A stretch of DNA of 64,000 nucleotides from Octopus vulgaris (GCA_951406725.2 OX597818.1:11098001-11162000), one strand, 5' to 3'; counted from the stretch's first letter, positions 50,560 through 63,505 are shown. Numbers and translations are program-made. Notes: a model not told the origin generated them from the letters alone.

Positions 50560-50889
50560 CATCATCATCATCATCGTTTAACATCCGTTTTCTGTGCTAG
50601 CATGGTTTGGATGGTTCAACAGGGGTCTGGAAAGCCAGGAGGCTGCACCAGGCTCCAGTCTGATCTGGTAGTGTTTCTACAGCTGGCTGCTCTTCCTAAT
50701 GCCAACCACTCTGTGAGTATAGTGGGTGCTTTTTACGTGCCACCGGCACAGGTGCCAGAGGAGGCTGGCAGCGGCCATGATCAGTTGGTGCTTTTTATGT
50801 GCCACTGGCACAGGTATCACAACTACAATTTCCATTTGATATTTATTTTGATGTTGATGTACTTGACTCAATAGGTCTCCTCAAGCACA
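50560..50889 (-). mobile_element. RTE LINE 3'UTR copy
   Basis: Homologous to 10802-11150; further copies at 52020-52408 (+) and 59617-59920 (-). Confidence 0.8.
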
Positions 50890-53800
50890 TACATATATAT
50901 ATATGTATATATATATATACTCCTCTCCCTAAGAATGATGGAAAACAAAGTTGGCTCTGATGAATTTAAATTCAGAACAAAGAAGGGATGTAAACAAATA
51001 CCACAAAACAGTTTGTCTGGTTGATATTCTAGCGATTCTGGAAATCCACTGTCCTTGAGCTAATGATAATTAATAAGACTGTAAAATGTTTATTTAGTCT
51101 TCAAAACAATAATAGTGTGGTGAATAATGAATGGCAACAACCATCACTAGCCCTTGATTAATGTTCGTTTGACATAATACACCAAAATGCAAATATTTAG
51201 ACAGGCTTAATTTCATTTTTTAGGAATGAATGTGTGGAGGTGGGAGTGGGGCTATTTGTTTTTAATGATTTCTAAATTCCCAATAGGTTGTTGAAGTCTT
51301 TGTAAGCTACTGCTGCTTTTGACGATATTGTTTAGCCCCAGGTTAGCCCTGATTGTTCAGACTTATGTTCAGTGCTGTTTTGACTGTGATCGATCACCCT
51401 TCTTTTTCATGTATTCAGGAAATCAAGACTATATTATCCAATTTCCATGTCTAAAAGTCTTTCTCTAACCTGGAAGAATATAAGTTGACAGAGGTTTGGC
51501 TGCTATTTCTAACAGATTACACAACCATGTAGGGGCTCCCTCATTGGTTCATGTTGCTGCTGCTTCTATTGTTTAACCTAAGGTCAACTCTTGATTGAGG
51601 AGAACTTATGATCAAACTGTTTTAGTCATTACCATCGATATATTACATCCTTTATTTAGAAATAGTATATCTAGGATGACAAATGGTAGGGTGTTAATTA
51701 AGGGAGATTTGACCACTATTTCTAGCATGTTGAGCCACCATATACCTGCAGCTATTGTTACTTTTTTTTCAACTACCTTGCAATTAGCTTCACTTTCCTT
51801 GGACCTGAGTCAATAATAAAGGCTTTAAACAGTTGCCTGACCTTCTACACACCTAGTAGCCAAATCTCATAGAATCTTACCGTTTGAAAACAAATGGACA
51901 TTATGAATAACAAAATACAGTATACCTGGAAATTAATTAAGGTGGTCATGGCATGACTATCTTTCATTATTAGCCTAACCAGTCAGGATGAGTTGGGAGT
52001 AAACGACAGCTATATCTGGTGATTTGCTGTACTTGAGAAGACACATCAAGCTTAGTAAAACTGCGGCCATCCATACATACGGGCATGTCCTTTATGGCCA
52101 TGCCCCACTCCTTCTCCTAGCTGAAAGGTCTTTGTATTGTAGGTGCCAGTGCCACATAAAATGCATTTGTGCCAGTGTCATGTAGAATGCACTCATACCA
52201 GTGCCATGCAAAAGCACCCATGCCAGTAGCAGTTAAAAAACACCCAGTACCCTATGTAAAGTGGTTGGTGTTAAGAATGGCATCCAGCTCTAGAAGCTAT
52301 GCCAACAGACAATTGGAGCCTGAGCAGCTCTGTGGCTGGCCAGCTCCTGTCAAACTGTCCAAGCTATGTCTGCATGGAAAATGGGCCTGAAATGATGAGG
52401 ATGATGATATATTTCTCATTTTAAGTGTCTGGTAAATAATGGTTCCTTTCAAATCCAGTGCTAACCTAATTTTCATGAGACTCTACTTGCATTACTGGAG
52501 TAAGATGGTTGTATGGACACTGCAGTAACTACTTGCTCATAAGTGATGAGTTTGAGAAAATTAATATGTGATAAATAGATGTGAAAGTGGCAAGATTCTT
52601 CTCAGGTCTCAGTTCAAAATAGGATATTAAAAATACATAAAAGTGACCAGGAAAAAATCAATCAAATGTTAAATAGCATGGAAAAATCTCCATTTTTATG
52701 TTAATCAAATAATATTGTTTGAAAATCATTTATGATTATGTGGTTTAAAGTTTGAAGGCCTCCATTTGACAAGAGACAAGAAATAAGATTTTGGCTGACC
52801 ACTTGAGAATAATGTATAATGCCTGCAAGCCCAGTTGAACCTAAATACCTGAATCAGAAAATATGAATGACAAGATGAAGAAATAAGAACAAAAGAATAT
52901 AAATCTTCAGCAATTTAACAATTTATTTCTACTTATAGAAATAGAAGTAAAGACTAAATTTATTCAAATTTTAGTCCCCCTGTCAAGAACAACATACATA
53001 ATGGTAAAACTGAATCAGCGCATGAGGTACTCTAGAAGAAAAATGAATATTACAAAATTTGGTGGGTGAGAAAGAAAGTACATGTTCAATGCTATACAAG
53101 AGATGAAAGCCCATATAAAATTTTTCATATTATGTAACAAGAAAAGTTGTATGTCTGCTTTCAACAACATATAAAATGTATTATATAATGCAGCCAATAG
53201 CTTGTAATTTCATTCTTCTTGGATAAAAAAGAATTTCAAATTCACCAACTAGATATTCACACTGAAAAGAATTATAAGTATGTTATGAGAAAGAGAAAAG
53301 AAATCTTTACATCTGACCATATTAATGTGGGTTTTGATATTTCATTCAGCAAGAAAGGTAGTTCATTCACAATGTCATTCCTTGTTTGTATTCTGATAGT
53401 GACTGGTTTATTTCAACTGCATGGTACAGTGTATTCAATGGGGAAAAAGGCATGACACAATATGTCTTTAGCTTATGTCACAGCAAAATTAGCTTACTAA
53501 ATGGTAGGATGGATGTGTAACTATCAAGAAGACCAAACATAGGTTAGCTACAAGTTCAAATAAGCTGCTAGTATTTCATTGTAATTTTTTTGGTAAATCA
53601 TTCTATTCTACATTTTCGTCAGTTCACCTTGTTGTCAGGGTATAGGTAACAGTTTATCTGGGAATTTTACATAGAAGAGACAGCTGTGGTAACCAGGACA
53701 AAAATTTATTTGTTATCTGCTTCACACCATCATATGAGAGCTAAGCAACAACTCTTTAAATATCTTTAGGGCATTGTTGGTATTTATATTTTATAACTCA

Positions 53801-54483
53801 CCAGAAGATTGCATAGAGAAGGTATATAATCAATGAAACTAATTTCCAATATGTTAATGGTACTTCTTCCATTGAACGAGGGAGCTTATCTGTAGTTGCT
53901 TGATCTGACAGAAATAGCAGTCAAATCTCTCGTAAATCTAGCCTTATGATCATGGTTTTTCTTATTTAGGACTCTTCCTTTTATTCACATGGTAAGAAAG
54001 AAAACACATTTGATAATATAATCTTTGTCATATGCCTCAAAAGTGATAGGATGGTCACAGCTGAAATACCACATGGTCTGAGTTCTTCTCAATCAGAGCT
54101 AATCTCTATTATCATAGGGATTTCAGTCAGTGGCTATTACTACTTCCAGATCTCATATTTGTATAATTTCTCCATTTCTTTTAAAGATGGCTTATCATTT
54201 GTTGGAACTGATATTTAAATCAAGTGGCACTTCTCTTCTTAGTGGTCATTAACAACATTATCTAACTAATTTGTATTGATTTATCTGTCTGTATGGATTA
54301 GCATATCCCAGAGTATGATCACTTCATTGTCTGAGAACTTTTCTGTTGTATATTCATATTAGCTATTTGTCTGTTATTTCATATTGCATTTCTTATCTGT
54401 TACCATTGTGACAAAAAAAAAAGAAACAGAAAAAAACCTACAAATTCTTCTTATTATTGTTATTTATATTAATATTATTATTA

Positions 54484-54679
54484 AGGCAGTGAGCTGGTAG
54501 AATTGTTAGCATGCTAGGCAAAATACTTAGTATCTCCTATGAGTTCAGATTCTGCTGAGGTCACCTTTGCTTTTCATCCTTTCGGGGTCAATAAAATAAG
54601 TACCAATTGATCACAGGGGGTCAGTGTAATTGACTTAGCCCCTCCCCAGAGTGGCTGACCATGTGCCAAATTTTGAAAC

Positions 54680-54680
<1 letters not shown>
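54484..54680 (+). mobile_element. SINE family B followed by long (ATT/GTT)n
   Basis: aggcagtgagctggtagaattgttagc...tttcatcctttcggggtcaataaaataagtacc. Confidence 0.85.
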
Positions 54681-54743
<63 letters not shown>

Positions 54744-54767
54744 ACCATCATTATTATTATTATTACC

Positions 54768-54799
<32 letters not shown>

Positions 54800-54840
54800 T
54801 ATTATTATTATTATTATCATCATCATTATTATTATTATTG

Positions 54841-54896
<56 letters not shown>

Positions 54897-55144
54897 GAAT
54901 AAGAGAGCAGTGCATGCCATCAAAATGATGCTGGGGTAATATATGAAGCCCAGTATACCCATCTGATAAGAGTATACCAGGCACATGCATCACAACCAGA
55001 TTATTATTATCATTATTATTATTATTATCATTATTATTATTATTATTTTTTATTATTATCATTATTATTATTATTATCATTATTATTATTATTATTATTA
55101 TTATCATCATCATCATTATCATTATCATTTATTATTATTATTAT

Positions 55145-55492
55145 TGCCTTCACTTTAGTGAAGGTGGAGGTATTGTTTTCAGTTGTGTTTGTTTGTCCAT
55201 GTTCAAGATATCTCAAGAACTGCTGGATAGATTCAGATGAAACCTTCAGGGATATTTGGTTTTGTGACTAGCATGAACTGATTAGATTTTAGGATCAATC
55301 TGGTACCAGACAAGGTTTTCGGATTATTTCTCTGTTTTTTTTACTTAATTTTTGAGAGCAGTTGAGTTTATTTTTAGTATTCTCATTTGTGAGAGCAGTT
55401 GAGTTTATTTCAGATATTCCCATTTTAAAAATTACCTCCAGCTAATCGTTGAGAGGATGTTGGTGTTGCCTTGGCAGAGGGTTGCACTCTCG
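55145..55492 (+). mobile_element. HINE/DINE-1-like (Helentron-associated) non-autonomous element, tentative
   Basis: 5' hairpin ccttcact-tt-agtgaagg, (GTTT)n tract, and 3' ccttggcagagggttgcactctc subterminal motif. Classification is inference. Confidence 0.45.
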
Positions 55493-56004
55493 TTATTATT
55501 ATTATTATGTCAGGCAAAATGCTTTGTGGCATTCCATCTGTTTTTACTTTCTGAGTTCAAATTCTGCTGAGGTCAACTTTTCCTTTCATCCTTTCAGGAT
55601 CAATAAATTAAGTACCAGTGAAATACTGGGGGTTGATGTGATCAACTGTCCCCTTCCCCAAAAATTTCAGGCTTTGTGCCTATAGTAGAAAAGATTATTA
55701 TTATTATTGCTTTAGTGTCTTGCTGTGGTAATTGTTAATGCACAAAACAAAAAACTATCAGCTTCTTTCCAATATTTAGAGCTTCTTTCAACCCCATTGG
55801 GGTAATTGTTATGACAAATGCTTTGTTTCATTAATGGATTCAAAGTGACCAACTAAAATAGAACAAAACAGAGATTTCTCCAAATCCCACTGTTTCTTAA
55901 AAAAAAAAAGAAGAAAATACCAAACCCTCTTGTCAATCCTTTCGGTGATAATTTTCATTGAAATATATCTGTTTTTTGTTGCTGTTATCGTCGTCATCGC
56001 CGTG

Positions 56005-56127
56005 TTCTTCTTCTTCTTCTTCTTCTTCTTCTTCTTCTTCTTCTTCTTCTTCTTCTTCTTCTTCTTCTTCTTCTTCTTCTTCTTCTTCTTCTTCTTCTTC
56101 TTCTTCTTCTTCTTCTTCTTCTTCTTC
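56005..56127. repeat. (TTC)41 perfect microsatellite
   Basis: Direct count. Confidence 0.97.
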
Positions 56128-56769
56128 TCGTCATCATCATCTCATTATTCATTGAACAACCTAACAGCAGTTCAATTGGGAATAGAATAGTCAAACTGTT
56201 TCCTTAGATAATGCTACTATTTGAAATGTCAATAAATTAAAGAAAACTTGATATGTGTATTCAAGAATTTCTAATAATGAAGTGTTTATCCTATAATCTC
56301 AGTTCCATATTTATTTTCTATCTCCACCTGATCCACTCCACCTGCACAACTTAAACCATTTGCCTTTTCCTTTTAACCACACACTATTCTATCACAATGA
56401 GACACTTTCAACAGTATACGGTTGTGACTGGGGTAGGAGAGAAGCTAGATGGAGTTGGTTGTGTGTATGTGTATCATAAAAACTCTCCTCTACCACTACT
56501 TTCCTTTTACACCTTAATCCTACACAATTCCCACACAATGCCAGTCATTTTCTTTCTTTCATTTTTTTTTTAATAGCTGCCATGCAACGTTGAGGTTTCT
56601 AGTAAATATTTGGTTGAAATTAAAGTCATCTTCCATCACTGATGTTTGTGACAAACTGTTTTGATATACTTGAACAAATGTAGCATACTGACAAACATCA
56701 CATTTGTGTGTGGATGTGTATATACATGTGTGTGTGTGTGTGTGTATACATATGTATATATATATATAT

Positions 56770-56962
56770 ACAGTTGCCATGATAGATCGGTAGCCACTAC
56801 ACACATTTTTTTTCTCTCCTTGTTGCTTTCTGTGTTCCTTTCTGTGGAAGAGCATAGGCTCGAAACATGAAAGACTTTTCCAATTCCTGAGCGTTATACT
56901 AATGCATCCGTTTGTTTTCTATACCACCTGTCTTCGTCTTTTTTTTTTTTTTCATGAATTCT

Positions 56963-56966
<4 letters not shown>
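56770..56966 (+). mobile_element. Short TA-flanked PLE-pLTR-like element with variant HHR motif
   Basis: cttt-CTGTGGAA-gagc atag gctc-GAAA-catg-aaag at 56838-56873; (TA)n on both sides. Confidence 0.55.
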
Positions 56967-57019
<53 letters not shown>

Positions 57020-57284
57020 CTTAATGTTTGTTTTTATGTTCAGTTATAATAGAAACAATTTTACATTAATCTGATGGGTTACTCTATATTTTTGTAGAAT
57101 ACAAATTTATTATTCTTAAAAAAGACTGTTGTTGACTGTGACTTCGAAGTTCCAGCCAGCTCATCCATCATCAGACTGCAGTGGGAAGGTGGCTTAGCTT
57201 GCTAGAACTTTGTTTAAGAATAATTGTCATCATTCACTTTATCACATATTTGAGAATTTAGCTTCTTCTTTGCTGGATGCTTCT

Positions 57285-57547
57285 TTTACGGTGATGCCAT
57301 TGATGACTCTGTAGATTAGTTCTTGCATAAAGGGGTTGTTGGCATTGACTGCATGGTACTGGTGGTGGAGGATGAGATTGATTTTATTGAATCTTTCTCT
57401 TTTGTCATTTGATTTCTTCCTTTTCTCTTCTGGTGGCTTTAAAGTTTTTGGTTCCAATGGTGATGGAACTCTGCTGCTTGATAGTCTCAGAATTGTGTTT
57501 CAAATCCAGTGGCTTCCAATGTTGCTTTGAGTTGGTCTTTGAATCTT
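57285..57547 (-). mobile_element. Old RTE LINE C-terminal fragment
   Basis: Minus strand: RFKDQLKATL...SITIGTKNFKATRREKEEIK*QKRK...PPPVPCSQCQQPLYARTNLQSHQWHH; same architecture as 4571-4953. Confidence 0.7.
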
Positions 57548-58085
57548 ATTTAATATCAGTCTTAAGGTAGCATGCTAGGTAAAATACATTTAGCAGCATT
57601 TCATATGGCTCTATGTTGAGAGTTTAAATGCTGCCGAGGTAGACTTAGTCTTTCATCAGTTGAGCAATGGGGTTGATGTGATTGGCTATCCCCTTCCCAC
57701 TCAAAATTTCAAGCATTGTTCCAACATGAATTAAACAGTTTGACAAGATCCAATATGTGTATCAGAGGACTGCATTGAGCTCCAGTGCGTCTTTGGTATG
57801 GCTTTTATGGCTGGCTGGCTATCCTGCCTAATGCCAATCATTTTACATAATGTACTAGAGTGGGGTTTTTCATAGCACCATCACTAGTGAGATTACCAAG
57901 TAACTTGCGAAACAAAGAAAAAATCTCATCAACTGAGTTAGGTCATAGTAAAAAAAGTGGTGGCTTGATGAAGATGGTGGGAGGCTGAAGTGTGATAAAG
58001 TGTCAGACATGAATATTTTGCTTTAGAAATACTACAGGACTACTCCTGCATTATATGCTGCACAAGAGATTGGGAAATTTTTTTT

Positions 58086-58345
58086 GTATTATTTACTCAT
58101 AATTACACATGCTTCAATTCCAAATAGGAGTTAAAATATTGTACATGTAGTTGAAAACATGTAAGGTATTTCCTATAAGAAATTCTTCAGACAGATAATC
58201 AAATAATATCATGATTATATCATGATTATTTGATTCTCTGTCTGAAGATTTTCTGATAGGAGATTTCTTATATGTTTATCCTACATGTACAATTTTATAA
58301 CTCATATTAACAAATGAAACATGTGTAATCGTGACTAAATAATAC
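58086..58345. repeat. ~260-bp imperfect fold-back palindrome with an HHR relic in each arm
   Basis: gtattattta...tcttcagacagataatcaaataat | centre ~58216 | attatttgattctctgtctgaaga...taaataatac. Confidence 0.8.
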
Positions 58346-58665
58346 TCAGAATAAATTCTTTCAATTTCCTGTTTTGATATATAATTAATCTACAGAAAAT
58401 ATTTTCCAGGGTCTTATGCATATGTCACACAAATTTAACATCTAAGCACAGATTTGGAATACTGGAATAAGTAGATGTGCTTCAAGATGATACAGTGTGG
58501 ATTTTAACTCTATCTACATTATATATATTTATATATGCACACACAGACACACATCTTTATATAGAAAATTATCTATTAGAAGTGGGAGGTAAACCCATGC
58601 CCACTTTCATAGAACAGAACTTAGGTGCTGCATGTGTGTGCATAATGTATGTGCATGGGTGTGTG

Positions 58666-58716
<51 letters not shown>

Positions 58717-59933
58717 TGAGAGGAAAACATATTGCATGCAAACATGAATATCTCTGTTTACTTTTGCTTCACTGTGTGTTTGTGTATTTATACACACACA
58801 TTAACCATTTTTACATTCTTGCATACATGAACACATGCACTCACACAGCGATCCTACATATATACTCACATTTATTTATATTGAAGATCAACAAAAGGAG
58901 TTGTTTATTTTTTAATTTAACTGTCTGTATACACACACCATAAAACACTTGACAGTAAACATTCAGCTGTTTTTCTTTTATGCTATGTGTGTATGATTGT
59001 AATATGTAAATACACAATCTATAAGCACAATCTTTAATGCAAATGATATTTACTCTATGTGTATATTTTAGAGTGAAAAGTGTAGCTTAATCTGTATATG
59101 TTACCCATACACACATGTTCACTCATACATATGCATTTATTGCAAACAGCACCGAACACATTGTGTGTTATGGAGTGGGAGAGGTGTAAGTGTGGAACAT
59201 CCTCATTGATAAGGTCACAGATTGTGATGAAAGAACTCTAAAAGAACTCAATTAAACAATTAGTTAATTAATTTACCAATTAGTTAACTAATTATCTAAT
59301 TAATTGATAATAAAACTTATGCGAAATATAAACAGTGCTTCTGTTTCTATTTGCAACATGGCCCTCCCAAAGTACAACGCGTATATATATATATATATAT
59401 ATGTACACGCACACATCTATATGGGTGTGATCATGTATGTATCTGTATGTATATACTTACATTTATGTAAGTATATACATTCACTCATTTGTTCATTTGG
59501 TCCCAACATATAATAGTTTGACACAAGATTTCTACATAGTGAACCATTTAAAACTAATACAAAACTAGACATATGCCTACTTATCAATCTATCTGTACAT
59601 ACATATATGTATATATCATCATCATCATCATCATCTAATGTCTGTTGTCCATACTGGCATGGGTTGGATGGTTTGACCAGAGCTGGTAAGCTGGAAGGCT
59701 GCACCAGGTTTCAGTCTGATTTAGCATGGTTATCTACAGCTGGCTGCCCTTCCTAATGCCAACCACTCCAAGACTATAATGAGTGCTTTTACGTGCCACT
59801 GGCATGGTGCCATTTGCACAACACCAGTATCTGCCATGACTGTGATTGGCTTGATGGGTCTTCTTCTTAATCACGACAAGATGCCAACGGTCTCAGTGAT
59901 TGACTCTGTGAGGCCTAACACTCATGTATATAT

Positions 59934-60247
59934 ACATCACTGTGATCACTATGACCAACCAGGCTATCAGATGATGCTTCACATCGCTGGTCACAATGTG
60001 CTTTGCATTGTTTTAGCCTTCAAGTGATGCCACCCCGCTGGCTAAACGAGCAGGCCAACAGAAGAAAGAGTGAGAGAAAGTTATGGCGAAAGAGTACAGT
60101 AGGGATCGCCACCACCCCCTACCGGAGCCTCGTGGAGCTTTAGGTGTTTTCGCTCAATAAACAATCACAACGCCCGGTCTGGGAATCGAAACCGCGATGC
60201 TACGATCACAAGTCCACTGTCTTGACCACTGGGTCATTGCGCCTCCA
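59934..60247 (-). mobile_element. tRNA-derived SINE family D (OR-like)
   Basis: Minus strand: ggaggcgcaatgacccagtggtcaagacagtggacttgtgatcgtagcatcgcggtttcgattccc (A and B boxes). Confidence 0.8.
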
Positions 60248-60322
<75 letters not shown>

Positions 60323-60324
60323 AA

Positions 60325-60525
60325 ATGATAATAATAATTGATGAAGGAAACAGAAGATAGATTTAGCACTAGTCTTTATTCAGTACAATGATTGTTTCAA
60401 CCCATCCTGCAACTGTCCATGTGCAAAATCCTATCCATAACGGTAGGATGAGTTGAAATGATCATCATACTGGATAAACACTAGTGTCAAATCCACCTTC
60501 CATTTCCTTCATCAATTATTATCAT
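60325..60525. repeat. ~85-bp-arm inverted repeat next to (TA)n, carrying 3' halves of an HHR
   Basis: Arms 60325-60410 and 60443-60525 read gaaacaatcattgtac and gaaatgatcatcatac, consistent with CpG decay of GAAA-CGATCG-TC-GTAC. Confidence 0.7.
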
Positions 60526-60981
60526 CTCAACTAACACTGCAAAATTCCTGAAGTAGATTCAGCAGAAATATACCCCAACTATGGATGACACCAGTTAGCC
60601 CATACTGTGAGCGTGCTTTACTTAACACACTAATTGATATATACCCATTAGTCCAAAATATTACGTATATATATATATAATTTGTAGGGTTCATTTCGAT
60701 AAAGGTATTTTAATATTCAGGACAGTAAGTGTACATAGTGAGTGAGTGAGATGTATGTTGATACATTTTAACTATATTTTGTGTATTGCCAGTTTATAAG
60801 TACCATGTAGTAACTGTTCTTTAGCATCACAGTCTTTTATTTACAACCACAGCTAAATATAATTTACCAGCACTCATTAAATTTACATCCTCTGAACTTC
60901 TGATTGTAAAAATCTCATCTGATTCTCCCTTCATGCTTACAAGAGAAAATGGAGGTTCAACAAAATAAACAATATATATGT

Positions 60982-61357
60982 AGGTGGCAGCATCGCTGTG
61001 TGGTAAGAAGCTTCCTTCACAACCACATGGTTCCAGATTCCTGGGCAAGTGTTTTCTACTCTGGCCAACCAAAGCCTTGTGACTGGATTTGGTAGATGGA
61101 AACTGAGAGAAGCCTGTCATATATGTGTATTTTCCTATGTCTGTGTTTGTCCACCCACCCCCCATTACTGCTTGACAACCAGTATTGGTGTATTTACGTC
61201 CCTGTAACTTAGTAGTTCAGCAAAAGAGATTGATAGAATAAGTACAAGACTTAAAAAGAAATAAGTCCTGGGATCAATTTCTTCAATCTAAACCCTTCAA
61301 GGTAGTGCTCCTGCATGGCCACAGTCAAATGACTGAAACAAGTAAAAGAGTAGAAGA
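60982..61357 (+). mobile_element. SINE family A
   Basis: Homology to 6256-6677. Confidence 0.85.
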
Positions 61358-62559
61358 ATATTAACAAAGAAATAAACTCACAGACATACACATGTAAGTT
61401 AGAATTAGGTTGTCTAAAAATTTATTTATTCATATGAATTTTAGGGTTTAGTAGGAATTTATGCTTATGTAGATTTCACCAATAGGTGTTCTGACTTTTA
61501 GTGGAAACAATTATGTGTGGTTTTAAGAGTAAAATCTACCAAAAATTTTTTAATCATCCATTAATCTAGCCACCTCTTTCTCTTTTGATTGAATCCAGAC
61601 CTATTTTTCTTTCTCATGCATAACTTCTGTTTCTAATTAATACTATATTTCTCAACTGAATTTTGGAATTTCACCATTCCATTATTATTTCCTCTGTAAA
61701 ATTCTCACATTAGCTTTAAGGATATAACATGCTCCTACCGCTATAGAACATGCTATCTACCAGCAAAATCACTGAGTAACAGTAACCACATACTGGCAAG
61801 TGTATACACACACACACACACAGGATCTTGAGACTGATCTTTACCACCATTACTGTGTGTGTGTGTGTCTATCTACCTAAATTGCACTTCATATTTTAGG
61901 CTCTGAAGAAGCTATAAGGTGTTACTCAGGTACTCAGGGACTCAACTATGAGTCCACTACATCTTATAGCATAAACAGCTGTAAGCTAATGAATTACATA
62001 AGATAATTGTTTATTGCTTTGTCATTTCGTTTTCTTTTATCTGTGTGTGTGTGTGTGTATGAAGGCACATAGCCTTGTTGTTATGGTGTTGTGCTCACAA
62101 TCACTAGATCATAAGTTTGATTTCTGGGCCAAGCAACACATTGTGTTCTTAAGCAAAACACTTCATTTCAATTGCTCTATAGGTGAGAGAGTGACAGAAT
62201 TGTTGGAATGTCGGCAGAAATGCATTACAGTATATCTTCTGGATTTCTACATTCTGAGTTCAAATCTCACCTGTTTCAGAAAGTAATGAGGAACCACTTC
62301 AGGATTCATCCCAAGTTTAGTCATGGTAGCTGAAGCTCCAGTAAATTACTTTTACAGCAGCAGGGGAAGGTATGAGACCCCCCCCCCCCCCAGATCTTAT
62401 AGGGAGTGCCCAGAGAAGTGGAGAAGGTTCACATGCACAGGATGTGCCCAAGTGCAGACCACCACTAAACTATATATATATATATATGAAACGCCTAAAG
62501 TGAGATTGCAGCCACTCATGTCCAGCCCAGTTAAGAGTACCCCTGATGCATCATGCAAT

Positions 62560-62950
62560 ATGATATGCTTGAGAAAACCAGTTGAGTCAAGTAAAGCCAA
62601 TATCATATCTCGCCTGTGCCCCCTGACTGGCTCCTGTGCCAGTGACACATAAAAAGCACCATTGGAACATGGTTGATGCCTATCCTCCTCACTGGCTCCC
62701 ATGCCAGTGGCACGTAAAAAGCATCATCCGAATGTGACCGATGCCAGTATGTCCTTACTGGCTCCTGTGCCGGTGGCACGTAAAAAGCACCCACTACATT
62801 CTCGGAGTGGTTGGCGTTAGGAAGAACATCCAGCTGTAGAAACATTACCAGATCAGAGTGGAGCCTGGTGCAGCTGCCGGCTCTCCAGACCTCAGTTAAA
62901 TTGTCCAACCCATGCCAGCATGGAAAACAGATGTTAAACCATGATGATGA
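62560..62950 (+). mobile_element. RTE LINE 3'UTR with 3 x ~65-bp repeats
   Basis: actggctcc(t/c)gtgcc..tggcacgtaaaaagca starts at 62626, 62691 and 62757; (GAT)n tail. Confidence 0.82.
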
Positions 62951-63226
62951 CGATATTGACATACATTTGTATGTGTATATATATTTTTATGTATGTGTAT
63001 TTATATATATGAATAAGTATCTGTATATTTATAGGTGTGTGTGTGTATAAATATATAGCTATATATTTATGTATGTACATGTATATGTATGTATATTTGT
63101 ATATGTCATTATTAATAGTGGAACTTGATGTTGATAAAGCTATAAATAATAGCATATAAATGTTGGGTTAAAACCTCCTTAGATGGATAAAGTCAAAGGC
63201 TGTCCTTGGTGGCATAAACATTTGAA

Positions 63227-63227
<1 letters not shown>

Positions 63228-63290
<63 letters not shown>

Positions 63291-63351
63291 TCATACGTGT
63301 GTGTTCATGTAAGTTTGTGTGTGTGTGTATCTATATATGTATTTGTGTGTG

Positions 63352-63421
<70 letters not shown>

Positions 63422-63436
63422 TATATATATATGTAC

Positions 63437-63467
<31 letters not shown>

Positions 63468-63505
63468 TATATGTACAAATGCACTCACACACACACATAT
63501 ATATA
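63228..63505. repeat. Complex (TA/CA/TG) microsatellite
   Basis: Direct observation. Confidence 0.95.
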
